Shown here: positions 14,297-26,301 of the stretch, piece after piece
Numbering within the stretch: the stretch's first letter is position 1
Layout of the letters: every line of letters starts with the position of its first letter
Translations under genes and position numbers: made by a program
DNA from: Thecamonas trahens ATCC 50062
Taxonomy: Eukaryota > Protista > Apusomonadida
DNA length: 64,000 nucleotides
Direction of reading: 5' to 3'
NCBI RefSeq assembly: GCF_000142905.1
Contig: NW_013657619.1
Span: 130,735-194,734 of the forward strand
The notes under the pieces: model-generated
Database searches by the model: none
What the model saw: the letters and a program-made list of their open reading frames with translations, nothing else
Told to the model about the DNA's origin: nothing

Positions 14297-14860
14297 ATGC
14301 TCAACGTTGTGCGTTCTGCAGCCAGTCTGCAGCGAGTGAGCGGAGGAGTTGCAGGTGTCATGCGCATGGGTATGGGTATGGGTAGCCGTGGCTATGGGCG
14401 TGTGGCGGGAGTGTGTGGTGGTGAGGGAGTGGCGGAGGCTGTCGATGACGGACCATCCGTCGAGTGCGAGGAGGGTCTGGCCGCGGCAGGGATGGACACG
14501 GGAGATGGCCTGATGACGTATGAGGAACGTGGTGGGGCTGGTGTTTATGCTGTGTTTGCGGCTGGTGGCAAGCAGTACAAGGTCCAGGTCGATGATGTGG
14601 TGGCTATGGATGCCCTCAAGGGTACCTCCCTCGGTGACGCGGTCGCCTTTGACTCGGTCCTGGCCATCGGATCGCCAGCAGAGACTCTCGTCGGCACTCC
14701 GTACTTGCCCAACACAAAGGTTGTGGCTCAGGTCATCGAGGTCACTCGCTCTGCAAAGGCGACAGTCTTCAAGAAGAAGCGCCGCAAGGGCTACACCCGT
14801 ACCGCCACCCATCGCGCCCCCATCACCGTCCTCCGCATCGACTCCATCGTTGCTCTCTGA
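14297..14860 (+). CDS. MRPL21: Mitochondrial ribosomal protein bL21m
   Basis: YAVFAAGGKQYKV...VFKKKRRKGYTR..HR...T.LRI are bL21 motifs; Arg/Ser-rich presequence-like N-terminus. Confidence 0.9.
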   Translation: MLNVVRSAASLQRVSGGVAGVMRMGMGMGSRGYGRVAGVCGGEGVAEAVDDGPSVECEEGLAAAGMDTGDGLMTYEERGGAGVYAVFAAGGKQYKVQVDDVVAMDALKGTSLGDAVAFDSVLAIGSPAETLVGTPYLPNTKVVAQVIEVTRSAKATVFKKKRRKGYTRTATHRAPITVLRIDSIVAL

Positions 14861-15269
14861 TCGAAGGAGCACTCAAGGAACATCTCGCTGGCAAAGACAG
14901 CACTCGGCCACGCTGCCACGATGTCGCGCTATCACACTGCCATGCTGCCACGCCGTCACGCTGTCACGCTGTCGTCTGATCCCATGCTGGTCCTCGCTTT
15001 GGTGCCCGCGCGCCGCAGACTCGGCCCTCTCCATCCTGTTGACCTCTGCCGTCATGCCGCCAGATCAACCCCCCTCCACCCCCCCTCTCCACCCGTTCAG
15101 CATCTACCCCTCTGCCATCCGCACTACTGCGGTCATTGTCGGCTCTGTTCGCCGCACACGCACACTGATGCGTAAACACCCTCACCACACGCACAGCACA
15201 CCCGCACAACACACACATGGCCACATCCTCGACCCGACGTGCCTTAATCATCATCAGTAGCAGTAGCAA

Positions 15270-15432
15270 CAGCACCATCACCATCACCCTCATCATCGTC
15301 ATCATCATCATCATCATCATCGCCTTCACCTTCACCTTCCCCCCATCATCACACCCATCATCACACCCATCACACATACCGCACCCATCACACCCATCAC
15401 ACCCATCACACCCATCACACCCATCATCACAC
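15270..15432 (+). repeat. (CAT)n and (ACACCCATC)n simple repeats
   Basis: Directly visible intergenic low-complexity tract. Confidence 0.85.
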
Positions 15433-15520
15433 ACAGTGGTGGGCGAGATGGAGTACGCTGAGGTCAATCCCCTTGCTCGTTCGGCGGGCACCACTCGTCT
15501 GCCTGCGCGCCACACTCAAC

Positions 15521-16489
15521 ATGGACGACATTGGCGCCATGGCCGACTCGGTGACTCGCCAGCTCGCAGAGGCCACTTCGACAGCCAGCATCTACCTCCG
15601 TCTTGCTGGCAACCGACTGCTTTCCCCTGTTGCACTCAAGCTCACCGATGCCCTCTCCCCAGCTCAGGGCGTCCTCGTCACCATGGTCCTCTTCTCCGCC
15701 CGTACGCCCACCCAAACCAGCCCATGCCACCCGACCCGGCGCTCCCTGCCAACGCCTCCTTGCCTCTGCTTGCGCTCTCTCGCTCTCTGTCCCTGTCCAG
15801 ACGGCTCACTTTTTTTTTGGTCGCAGTCGATATTTTTGGCGCCCCTTTGCTCCCCGTCTCATCGCCATGATGCATCTGGCTCTTCTCCTCAGCACTAACT
15901 CACATGTGATGCTGTTTTCAATGGTTGATCTTTGTTTCCCTCGCCGCTTGTCGTTTCTATGCACCCCACCGCTTGTTGATGTATGTATGCGTCCGTCGCC
16001 GCACTGTGGCGTGGCTTGTTTCGTTGTGCGCAATCGCGTCGGACAGTGCTCACGCTGGCCTATGTTTCGCTTGACTTGGTCCTTGCCTCGATGATGCCGT
16101 CGCTCATTCGGGCTATCCGTCGGACCAACGATGTACTCGTCTGGCGCATCGAGCTGCTCATTGCCGTGGTGATGGTGGTCTCGGTCTCTGCGGCCGACGC
16201 CGCCAGCCCGACGGCGGCCATCGACGACCTGGCCATGGTCTTTCTCCTTGTTGCTCTTACTGCCGCCGGACTCAACTTTCTGATCGGTGCCGCTTCGCTC
16301 GGCCGCCGGGTTGTTCAACTCCTGCACATTGTCCGCATCCTCGTCCTCATCGCCCTCCTCGCCCGCGCCTTTGTCGTCCCCGGCACCGCAGTCAACCCGT
16401 CGGACCTGGCTGTGGACTCGTCGATCGTCGCCGAGCCGGTGCCCGACCCCATCAAGGCCGCCGACCCGAGCCTGCGCCCCGAGTTGTAG
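15521..16489 (+). CDS. Hypothetical multi-pass membrane protein; exons 15521-15701 and 16047-16489
   Basis: ATG in a CAAC context. GTACGC donor at 15702 and ACAG acceptor at 16046 are both phase 1 and give ...VLFSA-L-LTLAYV...; several hydrophobic helices. Confidence 0.55.
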
Positions 16490-16535
16490 CCACCCATCCC
16501 CTGGCATGAAAAGCATGTAACTACCCTGGTCCGAG

Positions 16536-17414
16536 TCACTCTTCCGCCACGCGCTTGACGACGCCGGCCTCGTCGATGGAGGCCGCCAGCCGTGGGACCC
16601 GGCGGCGATCCCGCGGTACAGCAACGACGAGGACCGAATTGAGCTCCTGGTCGACCTCGCTACCCTTTGTGGTGCAGCTGGCAGCGTTGACCGAGAGCCG
16701 CTTGCGGGTGGCGGCCACGCCGGCGCCGGAATGGATGTGGCCAAAGACATGGAGCCGCGGCTTGAGCGCCCGCACTCGCTTGGCCAAGTCGGCACAGCCA
16801 AACGGCTTGCCTGCCGTCCGTGGGTCGTAGCTCGACGAGTCGAGCACGCCATGCGGCGGAGTGTGGGTGACCAGCACATCCGCCCCGGGCTCCAGGCGAC
16901 CGAGCTCATGCCGGAGACCAGGCGAGCCTCGTGGGAAGCCAAAGGCCATCTGCGGGCGCGACTTGGGCTGCCGCGGCATGGCAGCGAGGCCGGCGACCGT
17001 CAGTCCCCCAGCAATCTCAATCTGCTCGCCGTGGACAAGGACGTGGAGCCCTGCACCTGCCGCATCCGCCGCCGCCAGCACCTCGACAAGATCGGTGGCC
17101 ACCTGTTCAGGCGCCTCGTGCTCGGCCACCCAGCTCTCCCAGTTGGCCTCATACGCCGCAGCGTCCATGCATAGATCATGGTTGCCCGGCACATAGATCA
17201 TGTCATCAAAAGGGAGTCGCGCGAGCCAGCCGAGGAACGGCTTGATCTCGCTCGCCCACTCACCACGCACAGCCGCATCACCAGCATGGATCACCGTGGT
17301 GCATCCATCCAATTCTGCCGCCGCCGCCAGCGCTGCCTCCAATCGCTCGTGATGTCCGTGGGTGTCCGAAATGCACGCAATCAGCCACGCTCCGTCGTCT
17401 TCTGTCGCAGCCAT
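16536..17414 (-). CDS. Calcineurin-like metallophosphoesterase (MPPED/239FB-like)
   Basis: Motifs SDTH, HAGD, GNHD, THTPP and GHIH in the expected order. Confidence 0.9.
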   Translation of the reverse strand: MAATEDDGAWLIACISDTHGHHERLEAALAAAAELDGCTTVIHAGDAAVRGEWASEIKPFLGWLARLPFDDMIYVPGNHDLCMDAAAYEANWESWVAEHEAPEQVATDLVEVLAAADAAGAGLHVLVHGEQIEIAGGLTVAGLAAMPRQPKSRPQMAFGFPRGSPGLRHELGRLEPGADVLVTHTPPHGVLDSSSYDPRTAGKPFGCADLAKRVRALKPRLHVFGHIHSGAGVAATRKRLSVNAASCTTKGSEVDQELNSVLVVAVPRDRRRVPRLAASIDEAGVVKRVAEE

Positions 17415-17586
17415 TGCCAATCGCCGATCGCTCGCAGGCGTAGGTACTCCGAGCGACAAGTGATGGCCAATCAGGGGGGGGGGGGGGGGGGGGGGGGCAT
17501 ATAACGCCGCCTAGAGGCCACACATAAACACATAAACACACAAACACACACAAATTGCACAACATGTTTTCATTCGCCAGCATCCG

Positions 17587-20500
17587 CTAGAGATCAAGAT
17601 CGGCGGCAAACTCGGGCTCGACCATCTCCCACACCTCGTTGTCGTCGCAGAGGAGACCGACCCTGGAGAAGACGTCCTCCCACATGCTCTGGACAGCAAG
17701 ATCGAGCTCTTCGCGGTACTCGGCCTCGGCAGCGGCCTCGACAGGCGTCCACGATGCCGGATCAGCGGCGGCGATGGATGCTGCCCGCTCGGCAAGCACG
17801 GTCCGCACGTCCTCGTCGAGCGGGTCGCGCTTGGAGCGCGAGGCCGACCGGCGCGTGCCACGCTTGCCAGACTCATCGTGCGAGGCAGCGAGGTTGGCGC
17901 CGGTTGCGACTGAGCGCTTGGAGCGGTTGCGACCGAGGCGGGCATCTTCGGATGCATCACGGTCGCCGCGGATACCACGCTTCGGCGGAAGCGTCGCGCT
18001 CTCATCGCGGGCCTCGAGCTCGGCCAGCGGGTTGCCCGACGGCAGGAGCGAATGGAGGGCGGCAACAACGGCCGGGTCGGCAAGGTCCAGGCTGCCGCCG
18101 GTCGAATCGGCTTTGAGTGCGGCCGAGACGTTGGCCGGCAGCGGGCGGACAAACGGCCGCGGCTCGAGCCCGTTACGGTCGCGGAGGAGGTCGGCCCGGA
18201 CCGGCAGCTCGTCGAGCATCTCGACCAGCAGACCGTAAACAATGGAGTAGTTGGTGTTGACCGGCGCAGAGACTGGCGCAAACGACGCAGCGTCGATGAG
18301 AGCATTGAGCTGCGCAGCGTGCTCTGCGCAAGCATCCTTGAACGGAATTGCTGCCACCAGCGTGTGAAGCTCATTGAGCGAGCCGGACCACACAAAGTGG
18401 GCGTTGCTGGCCGCGATCGCAGCCGCCGACGCAGCACGCGAGAGCACAAACGACGTCGTCTTTGCGCGGTCATGGACCCGCAGCTCGTAGCCCGACGCAG
18501 ACTCACCGGCGTACTCGTCGTAGCCGTCGGCCTCGGAGAGGCCCGAGACCGACGCATGCGAGAGCGACGCCCGCGAGAGCGACGCCCGCGAGAGGCCTGG
18601 CTCGACCTCGTTGCCGCCAGCGGGGCTTGCCGCGCGCGACGCAGAGTCGCCGCCGCCGGAGCCGTGAACAGAGCCTTCAGACGAGGTGCCTGCCTGGGCC
18701 GGGTCGGTTGCCGACGGCAGTCCGAGGACGTACGCCGAGTACGCGAGATCCTCGAGCGACTCGAACCATGTGGGTGAGTACGCGAGCTGGGTTCCCGGGT
18801 TGGCGGCAAAGAACCGGCGGCCGGCGTCATGCTCGTCGGGCGACTCGACCTCGGGCTTGGTCGCCGACGAGTCGAGAATGGATGAGATGACCTCGTCGAG
18901 GATCTCCGAGGCCGCCATGCGGATGACCGCTACCTCGAGCCGGTACTCGAGAGCCTCGCGGACTTCGCGCTTGTGGTCAAAGCCGACGGCCATGGCCCGG
19001 AGCGTGACCTCAAACGGCGAGCCGCGGGTGACCGGCGACGTCGTCAGACGCCAGACCTGCTTGAAGTGGCCGGCGTTGGGCGTGGTAAAGACAAAGGCGA
19101 AATCGTGCGCCGCGCCTGGGAGGATCGAGCCGGTCAGGTCGTGAAAGTAGAACCGCTGCTGCGAGTCGCGGGTCACGCCGAGCTCGTTTGGCAGCGGAAC
19201 AAGCTCCCACTTGTAGTGGAGCACCGTTGTGCCGTTGTTAAAGGTGTGGAGCGTCTTGCGCGCCGCAACCTCGACGTTTGTCTCGAAAAAGAGCGACGAC
19301 GATGAGACACGCAGCGACGGCCCGGCCACGCTGCCGACCGACGATGTCCGCGACTCGGCCCGCGACGCCGGAAAGACGGCGGCCGCTGCAAGCGCGTCCG
19401 CTCCGACCCCACGCTGCCCGAGCATCGGCAGCTCGTTCTGCAGGTCACCGTCATACTCAAACTGGTCGATGCCGTCCATGCCCGACCCCCGTGAGACAAC
19501 CGACCGCCGTCCGTCACCGTCGCCGTCGTCGCCGTCGCCGCCGCCCGCCACACCGCCCGCCGCCAGGTAGTACCCGCTTTCCTCGGCAGGAGCATTCCCG
19601 CTGGCAAACGGCGACTCGCCGACAATGGCCAGCGCGGCAAAGTCCGGCTCGGGCGGCTGAACTGCTGCAATGTACCGTGCCAGCTGCCGCTTGCGCTGGC
19701 GGAGGTACTGCGATGGCTTCACGAGGCCGGTGTTGCCGCGCGCCAGCGACGCGCCACCCTGGCCGGGCTGAGGGTTGAGGATGGCGTCGGCGTCGAGCTG
19801 GTCGAGCGGGACAACCCGAATCCGCTCGACAGGCTCGTTGGAGACCGGCGGGATGGTGGCGGTGAGGCCGGTGATGTCGTTGCCAATGCGGATGTGCTCT
19901 GGCCAGAACGAACCGCCGGCAGACTTGCCCGATGTCTCGTACATGGGGATGGCCTTGTCGATAATGGCACGCTCCTCGACAAGCGCCCGGAACGCCGAGG
20001 CCTTGGTAAAAACCAACTCGTTCGGCGCCTTGCCCACCCGCGCCGCCAGTCGCTCCTGCTCGCGCCGCCACACCGCACGCTGCCGCTCCCACCGGGCGAG
20101 GGCCCGCTCCTGTCGGCCCTCAGCGATCCGCTCGTGCATCAGCATCATCGCCTGCCGCTCGGCCTCCTTGGCCTCGTCGCGCGCAGCCGCCTCGGCCAGG
20201 TAAGCGCCGAGCGCCGAGTTGGAGCGCAGCGGCGGGAGCGGGCGGCGGGCTGAGAGCTCCGACGAGTCTGAGGGCTCCGACTCGCCGCTGCCGCCGCCGA
20301 GTGGCAGGGCTTGCAGCCGTGGCCGTGCCCCGTGGCGCAGCGCATGCATGGTCTCGAACTCGTTCGGCTTGCCTAGCACCGCATACGGCTTGAGCTCGCC
20401 GGTTGCCGGCTCGCGCGGCAGCAGCTCGACCACATCGACGCCCTGCGCCCGCATCGCTGCCGACACTGCTGAGCTCAGCGGAGTGCCGGGCTTGCCTGGC

Positions 20501-21130
20501 GAGCCGCGCTTGCCTCCAGCCGTCGACGTCTTGAGCCGCACCGCCGTCTCGCCCGAGCCGAGGACCAGGGTCTCGCCTTCGCGCAGCCGCCTCGCCACCG
20601 CCACTCGCCGCACCGGCAGCTGCGGCAGGGCAGCAGCGCTTCCGCCACCATCGCCACCGACCCGCGGCGGACGGCCCGAGCCCGGCACACCGCCGACACC
20701 GGCTCCATCCAGCCGACCATTCGCCCGCGCCGGCGGACCAGCATGATCTCCCCCCGGCAGGCTCTCTGGCGGGACCGGAGCATACGACTGGCTCCCACGC
20801 GACCTTGAACGCCTCACCAGCACTCTCCGCCTCTTGCCCAAGGGCGCGATGGAGCGAGTGCTCGCCGCCATCTCCAAGCTCACATCGACATCATCACCAA
20901 CGCCGCCACCAGCATGATCAGCATAACCATCACCGTCGCCGCCAGCATTGGCAACACCAGAAGCAGAATATCGAGCCTTTGCACCACCTTGACGAGCAGG
21001 CGGCGGAAAGGGAGCACCACCGCCACCACCACCATGTCGAGTCCGTGGAGAGGATGTCATTGCAGAAGCTGAAGGAGGTCTGCTTGGCCTTGCCCCACCA
21101 CCACCACCTCTTCCGCTGTCACCTCTGTGT

Positions 21131-21174
<44 letters not shown>

Positions 21175-21471
21175 GCCATGCCCATGCCCATACTGCTGCT
21201 GCTGTTGCTGTTGCTGCTGCTGCTGGCCTCCGCCTCCTTCGCTTCGGTGCTGGCTGCCTCTTCCCCGCCCTCCACTACGTCCGCCATACTTCCGTGTGTT
21301 GCCTCCTTCCATTGCTTTTGGAGCGTGGAGGGGTGGTGGTCTTGGTGGTAGGGGGGGGGACGGGGGGGGGGGAAGCCGGCGGTGGCATGGCGGGTCGGCG
21401 CCATTGGCCGGTTGTCCGCCCAACAACGGTCGAGTTGGACTGGGCTGGCGCCGATTGAGCTGGACTGCCAT
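17587..21471 (-). CDS. MYCBPAP: MYCBP-associated-protein-like ciliary central-apparatus protein with polyQ/Gly N-terminus (start uncertain)
   Basis: QERALARWERQ...W helix, SFWPEHIRIGND, and the ASH-like core FNNGTTVLHYKW...QRFYF....GSILPG....F.F.F....AG.F...W...T.P. Confidence 0.7.
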
Positions 21472-21819
21472 TTAGCAAGGGGGGGGAGGGGGGAAGCGGG
21501 GGAAGGAGGAGGGAGGGCTTAAGAGTGTGGTTGGGAGGAGGGAGGGAGGGAGGGAGGGGGGGGGGGATGGCGGTGGTGATCGTCATCGTGGTGATGATGA
21601 TGATGATGATGATGATGAGGGAGGGGCATGATGGCGATCGAGAATAGCCCGAGATCGGGCATAGAGTGTCACTAGCACCTCACATACTACACCTTTCATC
21701 TCGATCAACGCTCTCCACCACCTGATCTCCTCCGTTTACCACCACCCATCAACAGCTCAACCCATCGATACGCTCTGTTGCCCCCCTTGCGCCGATGACA
21801 TTCCATCATCACTCATGCC

Positions 21820-22030
21820 GTTTCGTTACCCGTTCGTTCAATTCCTTCAATTCGTTCAATTCCTTCAATTCGTTCGTTTCGTTGAATCGATTCGTTTCGT
21901 TGAATCGATTCGTTTTGTTTGTTCCGTTTGTTCCGTTTGTTCCGCTCGATTCGTTCGTTTCGTTCGTTTCGTTCGTTTCGTTCAATCGATTCGTTCGTTT
22001 CGTTCGTTTCGTTCAATCGATTCGTTCGGA
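21820..22030. repeat. Degenerate (TTCG/TTCGT)n array with AATCGATT palindromes in the MYCBPAP/RPL14 divergent intergenic region
   Basis: Visible repeats ttcgttcgtttc and (g/c)aatcgattcg. Confidence 0.85.
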
Positions 22031-22120
22031 AAGTGGCGGTCTGAAATTGAGCTCGCGCAAATGGCCCTGGCTATGGACACTGTTTTTCACTTCCAATACC
22101 ACTCTCACTTCAGACCCAAA

Positions 22121-23294
22121 ATGGTATGTCGACTGCCCTACCATGCCATTCTTGCAGAGGCTAGAGGGCCACAGAACTGCATACAGGACTGGAGAAGCAG
22201 CTAAGGGGGTGTACCTGGTGACGGTACATAGTGTGAGGTTGTTGGTATGACCATGTTCTCCATCCCTACCTCGCTATGGCCCTTGGTCACTCCCCTTACC
22301 ACTGCCTCTGTCTCCCTCCGATGGGTTTTTGTCTGTTCACCCGCCCATCCACCACTCGGCCCTCCCCTCCTCCACATTCTCCAACCATTCCCTGTCCATT
22401 GCCTTCCCGCCACTCTCCCCTTCACGCCCTGCTCTTTCCTCTGCTCCTTCCTCTCCTCCTCCATCTCCTCCATCTCCCCTCCACGCCTTGTGCTGGTCCT
22501 CGGAGAACGACCATGTGATGAGTTTTTTGTCGGCTTTGCCTCTCGGCCGCCCTCCCCCTCCCCNNNNNNNNNNNNNNNNNNNNNNNNNNNNNNNNNNNNN
22601 NNNNNNNNNNNNNNNNNNNNNNNNNNNNNNNNNNNNNNNNNNNNNNNNNNNNNNNNNNNNNNNCCCTTCCGGACTCCTCCACACACACACGCGCAACGAT
22701 TGTCTTTGTTCATGTGTTGTCCATGTAGTCCCTCCTGTTTGGCCTGTCTGGTCCCCCCCCCCCTCGCCTTGTGGCTCGAGCAGTCGGACAGCGGACAGAG
22801 GAGGCCATCCACCCGCAGTCAGACACCCTCCTCCCTCTCACCCCTCACCCCTTTACTCACTGCGTATTGTATGGTCTCTCTGTTTGTAGGTGTTCACTCG
22901 CTTTGTGGAGCTCGGCCGCGTGGTGCTCATCACATACGGCCCCCTCGAGGGCAAGCTTGCCGTCATTGTCAACATCATTGACCAGAACAAGGCCCTCATC
23001 GATGGCCCGTCGACCGTCAACGGTGTCGAGCGCCAGGCGATCTCCTTCAAGCGCATTGCGCTCACCGACATTGTCCTGCCGGGTGTCACGCCGGGCATGA
23101 ACGTCAAGTCGCTCACCAAGAAGTGGGAGAAGGCTGACGCTCAGGCCAAGTGGGACGCGTCGTCCTGGGCCAAGCGCCGCGCTGTCCGCGCTGCCCGCGC
23201 CAAGCTCAACGACTTTGATCGCTTCAAGCTCCGCAAGGCGCGCCGGAAGGTTGCCCACGCCCGGCACATTGCCCTCAAGGCTGCCAAGGCTTAA
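22121..23294 (+). CDS. RPL14: 60S ribosomal protein eL14; exon 1 is the ATG only (22121-22123), exon 2 is 22890-23294
   Basis: ATG|GTATGT donor, TACTCAC branch point at ~22854 and TGTAG acceptor at 22889 give MVFTRFVELGRVV...IIDQNKALIDGP...LNDFDRFK. Confidence 0.95.
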
Positions 23295-23577
23295 ACCCAA
23301 CGAAATCCCTGTTCCCCCGCACACAGTCGCTCGGATAGAGCCGCCGCTGTTAGCACAGCTGCAATCGCTGCAGCTGCCGCACCAGTTGCCGCTACACCCG
23401 CACTCCCCCCCCCCTCCCCCCATCCCCTCCTTCCCCGATCCCATCCATTGTCCACCCCACCGACCAGACCGCTGTCAGCCTGAGCCGCGGTCGAAGCACC
23501 CAACGCCCACCCCACCACCCCCACAAAGACACACACATACACACACATACACACATATACATACACACACCTCCACC

Positions 23578-25910
23578 ATGTCTGTAGCAGGACCGCAAAC
23601 GCAGAGCAAGGGTGGTGAACAAGTACTCGTCCCGCGTATTCTCCATACCACCGGCCCGCTTCAAGCTAACAGCCTCGTCCTCCTTCCTCCGTCCAAGAAG
23701 TCTGCATCAAAGGTGGTAGCTGGTGATGGAGGTGGCGAAGTGGCGGCCTTTCGTGTGACGGCCAAGGGCATCGATATGGTGTTCAAGGCAAACCTTCCAG
23801 ATGCTTCCTTTCGTGTCCTCGTTCGTGGTGGCAAGCGTGGTGCTGGTGATAAGATCTTTGCCGCAACGGGCTCAAAGGTCATCGGTCTCTCGCGCAAGGG
23901 CAAGCCGTTCTTTGAGCTGGAGACCAATCTGACCGAGCCTGTTGATGCTCTCTTTGTCGAGGACAATGTCATGCTCACAGTCTCGGAGCATACCCTCTCC
24001 TGGTTTACCGCTGATGCTGGCTCGGCCACTTACGACTCGTCAGAGTCACTGCTGGCCGTCGCTGGTGCCGTCCTCGCTTCGGGCATGCACGCCATCGCGG
24101 GCTGTGCCGATGCCTCGCTGCTGCTCTTCCAACGCCCGCCCCTGGCAAGCCGACGCTTGTTTCTTCTGCCCGCCTCGCCCTCCCTGCAGTGCCATGCGCG
24201 CTAATTGCGGCGTCACCGCCACGGCCCGGCGCGCTCGACTCGCGGCTCCTGGTTGGGTGCACCGACGGCACGCTGTGCGCCGTCGATCTGGCCCCAGAGA
24301 GCATGACGCTGGCGTGGGTGGTGGCGCCGGGCGAGGAGACCGGGGCGCCGGCGTCTGCAGCACGGTCGCTCTCCTCGTACGACCTGCTCAACGTGCCCGG
24401 CTCGCGGCAGCTTGTGGTCGGCTCGGCCGACGGGCACATTGTGGTGTACACCATGCTGGCGGCGGCGCCCAACACGCCGCCGACGCGAGTTCTCGGCACT
24501 GTCCTTGACGAGTCGGTCTCTGCCGTTGTCGGCGGAGTGGTCGACACGGAAGAGTTTGTGCCGACCATTGTGGCGGCCACGTTTTCGGGCAAGATCATGT
24601 CGCTGACGCCTGCCGCGGCGGCGCCCGGCTTGAGGCTGCTTGCGCAGTCGGGGCCGGGCCGGCCGTCGACGCCGACGGCGCTCGGTTCCACCAGCTTTGC
24701 TGCCGTCGAGCCGTCGGTTGTCTCGGGCTCGCTCTCGGCGGCGCACAAGGCCAAGCTCATCGATGGGCTGGAGAAGGAGCTGGTGGCGCTGCGCTTCCGC
24801 GCCCGCGAGGCCCACATTAAGTACGTCAAGATGGCCGGCACCGAGCTGCCAGTCGTCCGCCCCGCTCTCTCGTCGGTCAACACCTCACTGCAACTCGACA
24901 CCTCACACGCTGCGTACGTGCTCACTGTCGAGTCGGCAGCCATCCTCGACTCGGTCCTTATCCAGTCCGACGTTCCGCTCGAGATCTCGCACCTGGCTCT
25001 GCCCGGTCGGTCCGGTGCGCCGGCGCCGGTCATCTCCCGCACCTCGCCGCCGCCAGGTGGCGCCGCCAAAGTTCTCGTCACCTTTGACCTCAAGCACACC
25101 GAGCGGCGGCTCTCTGCTCTTGTCCGCTCCATCGAGGGTCAGTCCGGCACTCTCAAGGTCTACGCCGTCATGGCCTCCGAGGTCAAGTCCGCCATCCTCA
25201 CTCGCCTTCCCATCAAGCCGCTCTCGCTCCACGCCCGCGTCCCCTCGCTTCCGGTCCCGCTAGACCCGACCATTGCCTCGTCGCTGGCGCTCTCTGGCGA
25301 CGTGGCGCTCTCGCAGCTCTTTGCCTGGGTCTCGCTCGCCCTCCCCAACATGCCCGACCGGATGGGCTCGGTCGCTGACGGCTCGCTCACGTACTACTTC
25401 AAGTCGGTCTACCTCGGGACGGCGCTAGTGGTCGAAATGGGCCCGCGACCCTCGACCTGGGCCCGCTTCACCTCAGAGTCGCCGTCGACCATCTCCATCC
25501 TCAGGGAGGTTATCGCCCGCGAGGCCAACACCCGCTCGCTTCAGCTCTCGATGCAGGTGGAGATGGGTGCCTCGGCCGTCTCGCACGTCCTCAACATCAT
25601 CCGCCCGCGCCTCGAGCATGTCCTCGCCCTCTCGCACAAGATCGCCATGCTCGAGGGCCTCAAGGAGCTGGCCGAGGCGCCCGACCCCAAGCTTGAGCCC
25701 GAGCTCGCCGCCACTGCCGCAAATGCCGACGCTCTCCGCACAGAGTGGAAGGACCAGGCTTCGACCGCAGATTTTCTCCTCGGCGTCCTCACCGACCTCT
25801 ACATCGACCAGGCCAAGTTCCGGGGCATCGACGGCCGCGAGTCGGTCAAGGCTGTAGTTGCCGCCGCCACCGAGGGACGCTGGGATGATGTCTATGCCGC
25901 TTGTCCGTAG
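23578..25910 (+). CDS. BBS7: BBSome subunit BBS7 (-1 frameshift near 24129)
   Basis: KVVAGD..G, KGKPFFELETNLTE, LIQSDVP, IKPLSLH and LTDLYIDQAKFRG match BBS7. Adding one C to CTCTTCCAACG joins the two ORFs. Confidence 0.88.
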
Positions 25911-26301
25911 ACTTGTCCCTCTGCTACATCCCCCCCCCCTTGTAATGACCATCATCATGCCCCCATCTCCATCACCATCCCATCCCCCCATCATCCCCAT
26001 CTCCATCCCCCACTCATCCNNNNNNNNNNNNNNNNNNNNNNNNNNNNNNNNNNNNNNNNNNNNNNNNNNNNNNNNNNNNNNNNNNNNNNNNNNNNNNNNN
26101 NNNNNNNNNNNNNNNNNNNNNNNNNNNNNNNNNNNNNNNNNNNNNNNNNNNNNNNNNNNNNNNNNNNNNNNNNNNNNNNNNNNNNNNNNACGTTCCCCCG
26201 CCCCGCCTTTTCCGAGCCACACACCTTGTGCGACTCAACACGTGTCCCCACCCCACCCACCCCCCCCCCTCCACACTATCACACCCCAACCACCTGCAGC
26301 C

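Noticed and set aside
15448-15520. Upstream ATG (MEYAEVNP) for the membrane protein
   Set aside because: Needs an extra +1 frameshift; the ATG at 15521 is in frame and has the typical C/A-rich context.
21795-22250. ORFs through the TTCG array, and similar ones at 55995-56300
   Set aside because: Translations of simple repeats; the real RPL14 ATG exon lies at 22121.
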